Shown here piece by piece: positions 38,891-50,550 of a DNA stretch of 64,000 nt. Position 1 is the stretch's first letter. Every line of letters starts with the position of its first letter. Made by a program: the position numbers and the translations under genes. The notes under the pieces were generated by a model that searched no databases, was not told where the DNA came from, and saw only the letters and a program-made list of their open reading frames with translations. Source of the stretch: Andalucia godoyi And28 (Eukaryota; Protista; Jakobida); assembly GCA_009859145.1 (NCBI GenBank), contig VRVR01000017.1, positions 207,428-271,427 of the forward strand, in the 5' to 3' direction.

Positions 38891-41320
38891 TTAGTTCTTT
38901 GGCATCAGTCGTGCTTTCAGCTCTTCGTTCTCCTTCTTGAGATTGTCCACCTCGTTGGACAAATCTCGAACCTTCTTTTCAAGATCAGTATGCTCCGAGA
39001 TGTACAAAAGAATTTGGCTCAGCATTTTCCCCTGCATCTCCGACTTTTCCAAAAGCTGCGAAAGAATCTTCGAATTCTTGCCCTCGGACTTGTAATTCTC
39101 GGGCGCCGGGACTGCAGACTGCGACTGAGTATGAATTGCGTGTTCCTCGGCGACAACTTCCTTCACAATGAATTGTCGAGCGGCCTTCTTCTCACCAGTA
39201 TCTTTTCCATCAGTCTTCACTCCCGAGAGACTGCTCGCGGATGCCGGAGTGGACTGTCCAGTCACGTTATTTGCCGAATTTTCTCGAATAACGGCATTCT
39301 TTGGATCCGGCAGTGACAGTTCGCGCGGGGCCTCAGGCCGCGGCGCAGCGCCCTTCACGGCCGGGGACTGCGGTGGCGGAGGAGGAGACGCCTGTCGCGC
39401 CGTCATCGCATCCACAGATGACGCGGTCCTCGAAAATGGAATGGGATGTGTAACGGAACCGGATGCTGTCGGTTGGGTGGATGTCGCTGGAGGGGCAGCT
39501 GCCGGATGGAAAGATGCGACAGGCGGAGCCTGTGGTGCTGTCGAAGATGCCGACGACGCGCTGAGCGTAGGAGATGAAATCGGACTGATGGTGCACGAGA
39601 CGCTTGCGGGTTGGATGGACTTTTGGGATCCATCCGTCGGCGGGAATGCGTGAAATACTTGAGCACCAGGAGAATTGGCAAACGAAGAATCTGAGCTGTG
39701 ACTGGCATCCTCTGAATTTTCAACCACTTGAATCTTAAACCGTCCTTTTTGTTGTACGGAAGACGCGTTCGCCGGCAGAACAGGGATGCTTTGGGGAGCT
39801 GCGGCAACAGGATTCAGTGGCGGCGAAGACTTCGACGGTTCGAGGTCCGATGCATTTGTCGCCGCGTTAAACGTGCCGGCGGATGATGATGAGGCTGGAG
39901 TAATTGTCCCGTTTCCGATTGTGGACGTTGAACCACCAATCATGGATGCAGAAGAGAACGCAGCGCTTGAAGGATTATGACCAATTGTCGTGGCAGTCGT
40001 TGACGTTGTCGTTGCCGAAAACGCTGACGATGGCGGAAGAGGAGTAGTGGAAGCGGAAGAAGCCGCAGAAGACGAAGGCGCGGGAGCCGGAGCAGGAGCC
40101 GGAGCCGCGCCACTTGAGATGTTGGTTGATGGGGGGGCGGAAGCACAACGGTCGCCATTCGCAGGCTGGGAACTTGGGATATCAAAATGCGCATGTTTTT
40201 GTCCTGTGCCAGCGTTGGAGGAAGCAGGAACCGAAGGAGTGTTGGACTGCATGTCGTCGCCGAAATCCCAGCTGGTATGTGCATCGGCAGAATGGGAAAC
40301 CGCGACGGTTCCTGGCTTGTGGTAAACCTTTCCAGCATGGCGGGCTTGTCTCCGCGCCTCCACCTCGGCTCTGACCAATGGCGAATTCCACATGGACTGC
40401 ACTTTTTGTATGATCATCGTCTCTCCGTCGAGAAACTGTTTGACCTTTTCTTCTGCATTCTTGACGGATCGAAGAAACTTGCAATCCTGAAGCAATTTGG
40501 ATGCGGATGATCTCTTGTCTGCATCTCGGACGAGACACTGTCGAACAAAGTCCTTGAAGTTATTGGAAATCTTGTGTTTTGTTTCTACGTCGTCCAGCAG
40601 GGGTGGGGGATTCTGCAGCACCAGCAACATCACTTTCATCGGGGTCTCGTTGTGATAGGGCGGATGTCCGGTCGCGAGCTCGTAGGCGAACACACCGAGC
40701 GACCAAATGTCAGCCTTGTTGTCATATCCCGATTGCTGCTCCATAACCTCGGGTGCCGTCCAGCAAGGCGTTCCAACGAATGTATAGCCCTTTTTTCTTC
40801 CGGAAGATTCCGAGAGCACTGCAGAAACGCCGAAATCGCCGATTCGAATACGGCCTTTTCTGTCAAAAAGGATATTCGAGTCCTTCAAATCTCGGTGAAT
40901 CAGACCGTGTTCATGCATGTATTCCAGACCGCAGCAGATCTGTTTGAGAATCGAAGCAGCCAATTCCTCGTGTTCGTCCTCGGCCAGTCCATCCGGAAAC
41001 GCCACCCGAATAAGATCTTGGCAAGACCCCTCCAGAAGCTCCATGACAAGCCACAGCTCGCTGCCCACCACAAACGATGTATGGTATGTGACAATATTTG
41101 GATGCATATTCGACGACATCACCATGATCTCCTTTCGGACCTCGTCAATATCCTTTTCGTACTGCTCCAAATCAACAATCTTGACACAGACAAGCTCCGA
41201 CGAAGGCTTGTAAATCGCCTTCCAAACTTCCGAATTCGTACCAACCCCAATCGCTGCTAACAGTCCGTAGTCCTCATGACGAGAACTAAACACACTCTTT
41301 ACTCCTTCCAAACTGCTCAT
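38891..41320 (-). CDS. STE20-family Ser/Thr kinase, OSR1/SPAK/BLUS1-like, with long disordered linker and C-terminal coiled coil
   Basis: IGVGTNSEVW, VCVKIVDLE, HPNIVTYHTSFVVGSELWLVME, HRDLKDSNIL, IGDFGVSA, FVGTPCWTAPEV, YDNKADIWSLG, LATGHPPY; QQKGRFKI motif in the tail. Confidence 0.93.
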   Translation of the reverse strand: MSSLEGVKSVFSSRHEDYGLLAAIGVGTNSEVWKAIYKPSSELVCVKIVDLEQYEKDIDEVRKEIMVMSSNMHPNIVTYHTSFVVGSELWLVMELLEGSCQDLIRVAFPDGLAEDEHEELAASILKQICCGLEYMHEHGLIHRDLKDSNILFDRKGRIRIGDFGVSAVLSESSGRKKGYTFVGTPCWTAPEVMEQQSGYDNKADIWSLGVFAYELATGHPPYHNETPMKVMLLVLQNPPPLLDDVETKHKISNNFKDFVRQCLVRDADKRSSASKLLQDCKFLRSVKNAEEKVKQFLDGETMIIQKVQSMWNSPLVRAEVEARRQARHAGKVYHKPGTVAVSHSADAHTSWDFGDDMQSNTPSVPASSNAGTGQKHAHFDIPSSQPANGDRCASAPPSTNISSGAAPAPAPAPAPSSSAASSASTTPLPPSSAFSATTTSTTATTIGHNPSSAAFSSASMIGGSTSTIGNGTITPASSSSAGTFNAATNASDLEPSKSSPPLNPVAAAPQSIPVLPANASSVQQKGRFKIQVVENSEDASHSSDSSFANSPGAQVFHAFPPTDGSQKSIQPASVSCTISPISSPTLSASSASSTAPQAPPVASFHPAAAPPATSTQPTASGSVTHPIPFSRTASSVDAMTARQASPPPPPQSPAVKGAAPRPEAPRELSLPDPKNAVIRENSANNVTGQSTPASASSLSGVKTDGKDTGEKKAARQFIVKEVVAEEHAIHTQSQSAVPAPENYKSEGKNSKILSQLLEKSEMQGKMLSQILLYISEHTDLEKKVRDLSNEVDNLKKENEELKARLMPKN

Positions 41321-41363
41321 TTATGCATTAAGAAGAAGAAGTAGGCAAAAAAACACAAAAGCA

Positions 41364-41364
<1 letters not shown>

Positions 41365-41415
<51 letters not shown>
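41365..41415 (+). repeat. (TAA)17 microsatellite upstream of the kinase start
   Basis: Perfect tandem repeat read directly. Confidence 0.92.
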
Positions 41416-41416
<1 letters not shown>

Positions 41417-41881
41417 GAGTAGAAATCGGGGTTTGAAAAGAAAAACGAAGCTCGCGAAAGAAGGACGCTAATTAATACGGCAAATTCTCCTGTTCAAAGT
41501 AATGACTTTTTTGAAATTCGCGATAAATTAACTTATAATTAAATTTAAGAAAGGAAGCGGGGGGAGCGGAAAGGAAACGAAAACAACAACAACAGCAAAA
41601 AACAGTTAAGCAACCAAAGAGAGAGACTGAGGAAAAAAACAGAAAAAGGGAAAGCTAAAAAGGTTTTTGTTGTTGGCTTTGTTGCGCCTTTCATCGAGAT
41701 CGGAGTTTGGAGGTGTCGTCTGGCAAGGGAAGGGAGAGAAAGGTGGGGAAGGGGGTTGTCTGGACATGGAATCACGTGATGCTGCAAAAAAATATAATAA
41801 AAACAATATAAAGTACAGTAAAGTACAGTACAGTACAGATATTGCGTGCTTGTTTTTGTTTGTTCTTTACGGGCGCTGGCA

Positions 41882-42127
41882 TTATCGATCGACTGTGGGT
41901 TTTGTCGAGTGAAAACGTCTTGTTCTCCGGAAGGCGAGCGTCCAGCGCAGAACGAAACGCTTCAGAACATCGGCTCTTCGATGCGAGGGTGTCTTCCGCA
42001 CGGGAGGTTTCGATGTGTAGCGAATCAAGACGCGGAATCCCGGTTCGTTCATTCCGATGAGGAACACACGGAACAGCATCCACTCGTCTGCAGAATGGAC
42101 GCTCCGTAAATCAGATGAGATCATCAT
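41882..42127 (-). CDS. Possible small basic protein, 81 aa
   Basis: ATG in an acaATG context, GC-balanced island, Arg-rich. No family recognised. Confidence 0.25.
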   Translation of the reverse strand: MMISSDLRSVHSADEWMLFRVFLIGMNEPGFRVLIRYTSKPPVRKTPSHRRADVLKRFVLRWTLAFRRTRRFHSTKPTVDR

Positions 42128-42838
42128 TGTTGCTGTGGGGATTTGCGGTTGATGGTGGGGTTGTCTCCGTCAGTATATTCACCGTCTACCTCGGTTCTTT
42201 TGGATCGATTTGGTCCAGAGAGGGCAGCAGCAGCAGAAGAAGAAGAAGGTGAAGGAGAAGAAGGAGAAGGAGGAGGAGGAGGAGATGGTAATCACAAGCT
42301 TGCAGGACGTTTTGGAAGAGAAGAGAGGAGGGAGGGGGCGGGGGTTTCTGAATTTTCCGTTTCAAAAGCCGAACTTGCACCCAAGATCGCTGCGCCCAAC
42401 AAAAGCAAGCAACGGAAGCAAGCAAATGCTTTTCCTCTCGCAGTCACCGACAACAAGATTCCGCATTCTACAGGAGCAGAGTCCTATATTAAGGTTGCGT
42501 CAGCGCCATAACAGTTCTGGGGAAGGCAACGAAAGAGGGCGGGGAAAAGAAGAACTTGTGGACCTCGCAGGAGGGGTCTCCAAGCATCGATCAGAGAAGC
42601 ATCATCACTCGCGGACGGAAGATTCTGGGGCGTTGAGTGCAGTTCAATCGGCGGTGAGTCGACCTCGCATATTAATGGAGATGTCTGTTTCACAACTGGG
42701 CACAGCGGCGTCTGTGCTTCCCCGCGCCCTTCCCCCAAACGAGTTGTCTGTCGTTTGCTGCCCAACGCATGCAGTGTTAAGGAGCCAAAGGCCACACACT
42801 GCTGGGGGCTTTCCCCAGTTCCCACATGTGTACTTTTT

Positions 42839-43420
42839 GGGGTACTGCCGAGAGTCCTCAATTCCTAGCGCACTGTTTCACAATAACGATCAATCTGTCA
42901 TCCGATATGCGCGCCGTGGACATGTGAAGGTCTTGCTTCCACCGAAGTGGCTGCGGGGAATCAAGACACCACACAGTCCGCATGTCTTGGGCGTGTATGT
43001 TCCTGTGCCGACCGCGACCTGACCCGGCAGTCCCTGAACTCTTGTGCTTTGTGCAACAACCGCTGTTGAAAAAACCCACAACGGCGCCACAATAGCATCT
43101 GATGGTGTCACTGACGAGCTCGGCGTCTGCATGGACACTAGGCTGCACACGGAGAGTGGCAATCTAGCGTTGGGAGGTCCGCTGCTTGGTAGGCTGACGA
43201 GACTCTTGCGTAGAGCACGACTCGTTTCGCTTTCTCGATCTCGACGGGTTGCCCGGCGGCCGTCTTCCTGATGCCCTCGATGTCATGACACACGTGTGGT
43301 GAGATCCGGTTCTGACGCGCTTCTGATTCGCCCTGAGGCGGCCCACAGTCCCACCGTCGCAGAGGGGGAGGGGGGGAGCCGTCACCGACATCGGGATTCC
43401 ATGGGGCAAGACATAAAAGC
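42839..43420 (-). mobile_element. Internally deleted IS607-family element: TnpA serine recombinase N-terminus joined to TnpB/Fanzor2 C-terminus, pseudogenised
   Basis: TnpA part: LRRWD (43362), GRL..VRTGSH, KRVVLYARVSSAYQAADL (YARVSS 43212-43195), then after +1 QR*IATLR..HADAELVSD. TnpB part from 43098: MLLWRRCGFFQQRLLHKAQEFRDCRV, then TYTPKTCGLCGVL...HFGGSKTFTCP, then frameshifted IDR..NSALGI. Confidence 0.9.
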
Positions 43421-43645
43421 AATGCGTCTCATGCAAAAGAAACACAGGTGGTATTTTGTAAGTTCGACAAGAAATGACAATCAATCGACTTGCCGTTCTG
43501 TAGACACTCCCGATGCATGATAATGCTTATTTTCGTCCCGCAATTCCCCTTTGTAAAGCATTTCAATCCCCCCCAAACGACCCGTCCATTTCCCCCCTTT
43601 TGATTGCTTTCTCCAGTGTTGTGTTTTGGTGCAGCATCAGCAGCA

Positions 43646-44540
43646 ATGTTTGAATCGCCTGCAGATCTTCGCGCATCATGTCGCACGGGGGAGTACACGA
43701 GCCACACTTCTGGTCAATGCCCTGGGTTCAAGCAAGCCAAGTATGTCGCATTCTGAATTTATTGTCAGTCCCCAACAATGAACCACCCCTTTTCGTACGC
43801 CTGCACAGTGTCGAACAGTGCTGATTTACGTCTGTTCCTTCTTTGGCCCTATCAGCATCGTAATCGTATCATCGCAGTACGCATCGCAGTTTCTGGAATT
43901 CTGCAATGCGAATCCGCAAGCTTGTCCCGTTCTTGCGGTTTCGAAGCCTGGAGAAGCTAGCTGTTCACAACTTGCAGATGCCTCTGACATCCGAACGGAT
44001 CTTCCATTGTACAGCGTGTATGTGAAAGGAAAGCTCGTGGATACACCGACGGACATATCGGTCTTGTTCAATGACCAGGACTCTGTTGTTTTCTACCTTG
44101 GGTGTTCGTTTTCATTTGAGCGAGCATTGCAGGCAAACGGGATCGAAGTACAGAACATTGTGCAGAAGAAGAACGTCCCGATGTACAAGACGAATATCCC
44201 ATGCGTTTCCGTTGGGCCGTTTGCCACCAACCTGGTCGTTTCATACCGACCCATCAGAAAAGACAGAGTTCTGGATGTCACTGCCGTGTGCGAAGGCGTG
44301 AAGCAGTCGCATGGAGGGCCTGTGCATGTCGGCAATCCAGCTGATATTGGAATTGCAGACTTGGCAAACCCAGATTTCGGCGATGCGTTGGATGCGTATC
44401 CAGGGACTGAAAACGACGAGCACTGCTTCTGGGCCTGTGGCGTCACCGCTACGCAGGCCGTCGTCAATGCAAAGCTGGGGCTTGTCATTACACATTCTCC
44501 TGGATGCATGTTTGTTACTGACGTTCCCGATAGCAAGTGA
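43646..44540 (+). CDS. DUF1445/UPF0317 putative hydro-lyase (D-glutamate cyclase N-domain-like), 2 exons
   Basis: Exon 1 43646-43740 (TSHTSGQCPGFKQA; GTATGT donor, phase 2) plus exon 2 from 43856 (CAG) rebuilds QANIVI...FC.ANPQACPVL. Also DIRTDLPLY, FYLGCSFSFE, VPMYKTNI, HGGPVHVGNP, FWACGVT, ITHSPGCMFVTD. Confidence 0.92.
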
Positions 44541-44712
44541 TACCAACAGCAATTCACACGCACCCATCCATCTATACACTTTTTTGTGCACATCCGTAAT
44601 TTTTATTTTATCCCGAGCCTCGAGTGAGACACAGAGCGGGGAGCTGACAACACCTCACATCTGTTTCATCAGACTTGTGACTACTACCCTCGTTCGTCTT
44701 TTGCAGCGCTCC

Positions 44713-45294
44713 TTACTTTGCACCAGGCATTACAATCTTTGGCATCTTCGGCTGCTTCTGTTTCCTTCCGGATGACGCTGCAGATGAGGACAATAAACCT
44801 CTCGCGACCCTGTTCTGTACGGAGCTGGAGTCCTTTTGCTTGTTGAGCGCCCTTGATTTCTGGATCTCATTAAATCTCGACGAAAGGGACTTGCTTCCAG
44901 ACGATGAACCAGACGACGCAGACGCAAGGTCTGTCTTCTTCTTGGTGTCCTTTTTGGTTTGTGCAAGACGACCACGGGCAGAAAGGAGTCCTGAAACAGG
45001 ATTCGAAACAACCTTTGCGTTCTTCCCATTGTTGCTGCCATTGGAGTTGTCCAGATTTCGCTTAGTATCGGCTCTGGCTTGGCGAGAAACACTTACTTGG
45101 GCAATGTTTTCTGCTTGGCGCTCTGCATTTCGCACCTTCCTGTCTTTCCCAGACTTCAAAACCATCGGTGCATTACTGTGCTTGCTGTTGTTGTTCACGG
45201 TGTTGGTGGTGCCAGACTGCTTGTGCTGCAAAGAAGAGCGGGTCACAAGTCCATCGGGGCGCTGGATAACACGGCGGCGTTCACGTGGCGGCAT
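44713..45294 (-). CDS. Small basic nuclear-type protein, 193 aa, with a SLSSRF motif
   Basis: ATG at 45294 (MPPRERRR); K/R/S/N-rich; the upstream part of the track ORF has non-coding composition. Confidence 0.7.
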   Translation of the reverse strand: MPPRERRRVIQRPDGLVTRSSLQHKQSGTTNTVNNNSKHSNAPMVLKSGKDRKVRNAERQAENIAQVSVSRQARADTKRNLDNSNGSNNGKNAKVVSNPVSGLLSARGRLAQTKKDTKKKTDLASASSGSSSGSKSLSSRFNEIQKSRALNKQKDSSSVQNRVARGLLSSSAASSGRKQKQPKMPKIVMPGAK

Positions 45295-45595
45295 TCTCGT
45301 AGTGGTGTCTGGGGCAAAAAGCTGTGAGTATCCAGAAACAACAGACGTTGAATAAAACAGCCTCAAAAGGAAGAAACAGTAAAACACACTCAAAAAGATC
45401 GATCGGATCGAGTTGGACATGAGACAGCAGGAGGAAAGGCGGGTGTCATACAGTACAGCCGTTGATATACTTTTAAATAAACCAGCTTCTTTTCTTTTTT
45501 GTTTTGTAGATTTCAGCACGAGAACTGCACAGCAACAGGAATCAACAACCGAAACAACAGCAACCACGATTTTTTTTTTTAATTAAAAAATAAAA

Positions 45596-47767
45596 TTACT
45601 TCTTGTCGAACTGTCTTCGCTGTGCTGCAGACAATTTGGCTCGCAGGCGAGTGAGGGAAGGATGCTCAATGTGCACCTCGACAATCTCCGGCTCATTGGC
45701 TTTCGACGTGCCTGCTCTGACGGACTTGGCGGAGCGCCGGCCTGTTAGCGTCTCTGGAAGACGACTCTCGATACCCAGGATCTCGTCATCTGCATTGTTC
45801 TTGTCATCTTCATCAAAGTCTGCATCTTCATCGACGTCATCCTCGTCCTCGTCGTCAACATCGAAAAAATCCTCTCCGTCCAGCTCCTCATCCAGCTCCT
45901 CATCCAGCTCCTCATCCTCGTCCTTAGCACCACCGTCTTCATCTTCTCCATCATCGTCATCCTCCATTTCATCGGCAGTCCGCTTACGAGTAACTGCAAA
46001 AGAGTCGTCTTCGCTATCGTCGCCATTCGCACCCGGCGCATCCTCCTCACCAAAGTCTTCGTCAGAAAAGACTTCATCGAGCCCAACCTCTTCCGACGAC
46101 GGAGCACCATCCTTCTTTCCACCAACAACCAGTTCTTCAGGGTTGAAGTCCTCCGGGCGCTCGTCATTCTTTGAATACTCATTCGTGACCATCAATGTGT
46201 CCAGACGCTGGACAAACCCCATGTAGTTCTTCTTCGCGGCCTCGGCTTCCAGTTCTGTCGCACTTGGTGCGGGTGGCGGGACAAACCATGGCAGACGACC
46301 TCGCTGCCAGTCCTGAAGCAGCTTCTTGGCAGACGTGGGGTAGTCAGGCTCTCCACCCTTGAGAAGCTTTCCAGTCGCCTGGCAGAACAAATCCAAAAAC
46401 GAGCTCGAATCTGTCCAATGGCCAACTCCATACGTCTTCTGCAGATGCTCGGGCTTGACACGATCAATCACAGCAGGGATGTATTCTTCTGGATGGGCCA
46501 ACTTCTCAATACGCACAACCCCGCGAAGAACGAGATCGGTTTCCGTAAATCCGTCCTCCGTTGTCGGCTCGTACACAATCCCAGGGCAATCGATCAAGTA
46601 TACGTGCTTGAACAACGTAATGTACTGCCAAACCTTCGTTTCACCTGGGATCGGGGCCACCGGACAGACGCGCTTCTCCCGGAGGGCATTGATAACAGAC
46701 GATTTTCCGACATTAGGGAATCCGATAAATCCAACCGAGATGGATTGCTTTTCAGGATGAAGCCTCTTGAACTGACGCAAAATATGAATCAGCGCACCCT
46801 TGCCGAAAGGATGCTTCATGGATGCATGGAATGCAATGGTGGGGATGTCTTTTGAAAACTCGCGCACCCAACGGGCTGTGCACCATGTGGGCACCAAATC
46901 GCACTTGTTTAAAAGCAGAATCATATGTTTGTGCGGCTTTTCCTTTCGGATATGCTGCTCCAGATGGTAGCATCGCGTGCCAACTGGATCTCGAGCATCC
47001 AGGACCTGAATGAGAACATCCGAAGCATCCACGACTTTATACAGTTCTCCCCATATGCGCTTGGACTGACCCTTGCTGAAGATGGCCTCACGTGTAAGAT
47101 TGCGGACCGTCTCGTCGGTGTTCAGCAATGATGACATCGCCGTCAGCGACATGTTTCCTCCGCTCTCTGCCTGCGTCGAGCTGGACTGCACCATCAAATC
47201 CTCCTTCTGCTGCAGTTCTTCAGTCTTTTCCGCAAGCTGGGAAATATTCGAATACGCGGAGGCCAGCTTGGGCCGCTTGCGAGACCCGTGCTTCCCGAAA
47301 GCAGTGTCAAACGGCTCAACTTGCAAGAAGCCCTTCTTGAGATCCTTCGACGCTTTGATCTGCGAGATGGTCGATCCGTCAGCAAACAGAATTCCTCGAG
47401 GCATCGTCTTTCGGTGAAGCAAGACAGTGTACGGGTCATGTGTTCTGGCATGCGATGACAGTTCGTCTCGAAGAACCTCTAATTGATTCGAGGAAACAAC
47501 ACGAGTATTTCCGAACCATTTTCGGTTTGGTGCAATTCTTTGCATCTTTCCATTGTCAATCGAGCTTCTTTCTGCAGAACTCAAAACAGAACCTTTCACC
47601 ATTTTCCCTTCATTGTCGTACTTGACGACCCCTTTGTACATCTGAAGACGTCGGACATCCGAACGCGATCGAAGGGTGGACCCAGCACTCTTGGAATTCG
47701 ATCGATTTTCGCTCATCGAATGAGCTCCAATCTTTCGTTTCGTCGCAGAAGTAATCGTAGTAGGCAT
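45596..47767 (-). CDS. NOG2: Nucleolar GTP-binding protein 2 (NOG2/GNL2)
   Basis: NGP1NT motifs [46 protein letters not shown]; circularly permuted GTPase [21 protein letters not shown]; acidic tail. ATG at 47767. Confidence 0.97.
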   Translation of the reverse strand: MPTTITSATKRKIGAHSMSENRSNSKSAGSTLRSRSDVRRLQMYKGVVKYDNEGKMVKGSVLSSAERSSIDNGKMQRIAPNRKWFGNTRVVSSNQLEVLRDELSSHARTHDPYTVLLHRKTMPRGILFADGSTISQIKASKDLKKGFLQVEPFDTAFGKHGSRKRPKLASAYSNISQLAEKTEELQQKEDLMVQSSSTQAESGGNMSLTAMSSLLNTDETVRNLTREAIFSKGQSKRIWGELYKVVDASDVLIQVLDARDPVGTRCYHLEQHIRKEKPHKHMILLLNKCDLVPTWCTARWVREFSKDIPTIAFHASMKHPFGKGALIHILRQFKRLHPEKQSISVGFIGFPNVGKSSVINALREKRVCPVAPIPGETKVWQYITLFKHVYLIDCPGIVYEPTTEDGFTETDLVLRGVVRIEKLAHPEEYIPAVIDRVKPEHLQKTYGVGHWTDSSSFLDLFCQATGKLLKGGEPDYPTSAKKLLQDWQRGRLPWFVPPPAPSATELEAEAAKKNYMGFVQRLDTLMVTNEYSKNDERPEDFNPEELVVGGKKDGAPSSEEVGLDEVFSDEDFGEEDAPGANGDDSEDDSFAVTRKRTADEMEDDDDGEDEDGGAKDEDEELDEELDEELDGEDFFDVDDEDEDDVDEDADFDEDDKNNADDEILGIESRLPETLTGRRSAKSVRAGTSKANEPEIVEVHIEHPSLTRLRAKLSAAQRRQFDKK

Positions 47768-48319
47768 TCTTCTCTGCGGTCCCAACAAACCCAAAGCAAA
47801 CAAACAAACAAACGACGACAACAACAAGATATTATTATGACTTGAACAAAAACAAGAAGAAAAATCCCAATAAACTGAAATTGAAAAAGAAAAAGAAAAA
47901 GAAAAAGAAGATATATTATATTACAAGAAAGCACAAGAAAAAATTATAATCATACTAATAAAACACATGGACGCGCGGATATCGTGATGAGGGAAATGGG
48001 CGAAATTTCCACTCAATTGCATCTCTTATGGTTGGACAGGTTTTGCTTTCTTGTGCACTCTCACCCTCTGCCTGCTGCTTTTTTCTTTTATTCTTTATTA
48101 TTTTTGTTCGGCTTGATGCTAACGCGTCCCAGCAAAAAAACCGACTTGAGAGTGGGACAAAATACGACAAGATTCATCGTCAATTCATTGTCATCAAAAC
48201 ATGATAATAAGGATGATGATGATGATGATAATAATAATAATGGTAATAGTAATGATGATAATTGATAATTGCAACAGGAAATAGGAGAGTACCAAAAAGA
48301 AGAGTAATGGATTTGTGAA

Positions 48320-50254
48320 ATGTCTCGTGCGCCACGGGATTTGCGAAACATAGTTGCGGAGTCGCAGCACCGATCGAAGACGGCTGCGTTTGAAGAAGAT
48401 GACAACATGTTGATTATGACGTTGCAGCAGAAACTGGATGCGCAACGCCGGGAATTGGAAAATCGAACGGATAGCATATCTTCCATTCAACGAAACTTTG
48501 AGTCTCTTTCGCAGGTTTATTCTGAAGAAAGACAGCGGATCAACATGCTTGAAAATGCACTCAGGCAGCGAGACGAACGGATCAAAGCACTAGAGTCCGA
48601 GCTTTCGCAGTTCCAAAGCGTGAAAGGAGAGCTGCGGCTGTGCCGCGAGCAGCTCATCAGTGCAAAAAACTCACTTGCTGTCAGGGAAGAAGAGACGGAG
48701 AATTGCACGAAAAATATGGCATCGATGCGGACCCAGATTTCGTGCTTGCAGGAATTGGTGTCCAACCACGAAGAGGACAGTCGAAAGACCAGCACTGCGT
48801 TGGTGAATGCGAAGAAGGATCTCGACAGCGCCCAAAGTGAGATTTCTAGGCTAAAGGCGTTCTTGGCACACGTAGAAAGCGAACGGCAACGAATGGAGGC
48901 TTCTGGAATGGAGGGCATCGATCTTTGGAAAAAACGATGCGAACGTTTAGAACGACAGCTGCAGGAGGAACTATTTGCATTGCAGGATCGGATGACAAAG
49001 GAAGGCAACCAAAGGTTGGCAGACCTAAAGTTGGCATTTGAGAGAGAGAAATCGGATTTGACAAGGAAGCTGAGCCGCGGCGAGAAGGATGCGGCGGATG
49101 TCGTTGCGCAACTGAGTCATCGGCATGACGAGGCAATCCGAGGACTTTCGTCACAGCATGAAGAGTCTGTACGGAAACTCCGAGAGCAGCATGAAGAGGC
49201 ATTTCGGGCTGCAATGCAAGCGCACGAAGCAGAGCTGGTGAGGCGAGACGATCTCATTCACAAGATGGAGCAGCAGTCGAGCGGCTTCTTGGAGCAACTT
49301 CGGCTGTACTCGAGCCAATCTCTTGAATGGTCAAAGGCAAAATCTGTCCTGGTCCAAGAACGAGATGCGCTCATGCAGCAAGTGGCGAAGCTGACGGCGG
49401 ACTTCCACAGCTCGCAATCGGATTCTCAGCGCGCGCTCTGTGAAAAATTGGAGCTGGAGAGAAGGCGCATGGCCCAAGAGCATGCAGATCTGATGGAGAA
49501 GCAGGACCAGACCGAGCAGTCTCGGTTTGACGCTTTGCGACGCCAAATGGAAGCAGACGCTGCTTTGCAGAAAGAACGAGAGCTTGCAGAGCTGCGGGCT
49601 CGATTGGAGCGAGAATGGAAGCAACACCAGGAGGCTACTGTCAGCAGCGTGCTCACTGCAGAGCAGCAGAAGTGGAAGTCTATGCTCGAGAATTTGGACC
49701 AAAACAAGAAGAGTGTTGAGTTGGAAAAGGAACGGTGGATGAAGGCACACGAGAGCCTTGGACGCGCAACCAATGATCTTGAATCGGAATTTGCAAACTT
49801 CAAGCGGCAATCGCAGCAGCAGATCCAAGAAATTCGATTTTTGCACTCCAAAACAGAAGAGCAGCTGAAGCGATGCCTGGCCGAAAGAGATGAGCTCGTC
49901 GAAAAGATGAAGCACATCCTCAGTCGAAATCAGGTCGAGTCGGTAGCTGTGGAACTGAAGCGAACCGTGGCGAAGCTGCAAGCGGCCGAGGATTCGTCGG
50001 TGTCTATCTTTACATGCATGGACTGCATGGACACCATGCACGATGCCATTGTGTATGCTCCGTGCGGTCACTCATTTTGTGGCAAGTGTGCTGGCCGCAA
50101 GTCCACCTGCCAAGAATGCGATGTTCGGATTCTCTCCTCTGCCAACAACCAATCGTTGGACGCTATTCTCGGAAAGCATGAATTCCGCCAGCAGTCCATC
50201 CAAGGCCTGGCGGCGCTGTCTGACAAGCTTCTCAAGGAAGTCCAGTCTTCGTAA
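48320..50254 (+). CDS. Long coiled-coil protein with C-terminal RING-HC finger
   Basis: About 550 aa of heptad repeats, then CMDCMDTMHDAIVYAPCGHSFCGKCAGRKSTCQEC. Confidence 0.88.
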   Translation: MSRAPRDLRNIVAESQHRSKTAAFEEDDNMLIMTLQQKLDAQRRELENRTDSISSIQRNFESLSQVYSEERQRINMLENALRQRDERIKALESELSQFQSVKGELRLCREQLISAKNSLAVREEETENCTKNMASMRTQISCLQELVSNHEEDSRKTSTALVNAKKDLDSAQSEISRLKAFLAHVESERQRMEASGMEGIDLWKKRCERLERQLQEELFALQDRMTKEGNQRLADLKLAFEREKSDLTRKLSRGEKDAADVVAQLSHRHDEAIRGLSSQHEESVRKLREQHEEAFRAAMQAHEAELVRRDDLIHKMEQQSSGFLEQLRLYSSQSLEWSKAKSVLVQERDALMQQVAKLTADFHSSQSDSQRALCEKLELERRRMAQEHADLMEKQDQTEQSRFDALRRQMEADAALQKERELAELRARLEREWKQHQEATVSSVLTAEQQKWKSMLENLDQNKKSVELEKERWMKAHESLGRATNDLESEFANFKRQSQQQIQEIRFLHSKTEEQLKRCLAERDELVEKMKHILSRNQVESVAVELKRTVAKLQAAEDSSVSIFTCMDCMDTMHDAIVYAPCGHSFCGKCAGRKSTCQECDVRILSSANNQSLDAILGKHEFRQQSIQGLAALSDKLLKEVQSS

Positions 50255-50550
50255 GAACCCGAATTGCAATTCGCAGGATCGTCGTTTCATTTAATTTATT
50301 TCTTCGAGGTGGGGGGTTATGTGTTTGTGTGTATGTAGCTGGTTTCGCTGATGGATCTGCAAGTTTTACCGCACCCTTCCGTGTACAGTCTCTCGCATTA
50401 CAAGAAGAGATGTTTATCCAATTTTGTCGGGAAGGGGAAGGAAGGAAAGAAGCGAGGAAGGTGCAACGCGAATCATAAGGAACAATAGCATAAAAAACAC
50501 AATCTGTACAGAAAATGTAGATAAATTAAAATTCACCGAACGACTGCGGA

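Noticed and set aside
42210-43022. 270-aa plus-strand ORF as a conventional gene
   Set aside because: The N-terminus is a purine-repeat translation, it starts at GTG, and its C-terminal part is antisense to the IS607 relic; kept only as a de novo candidate.
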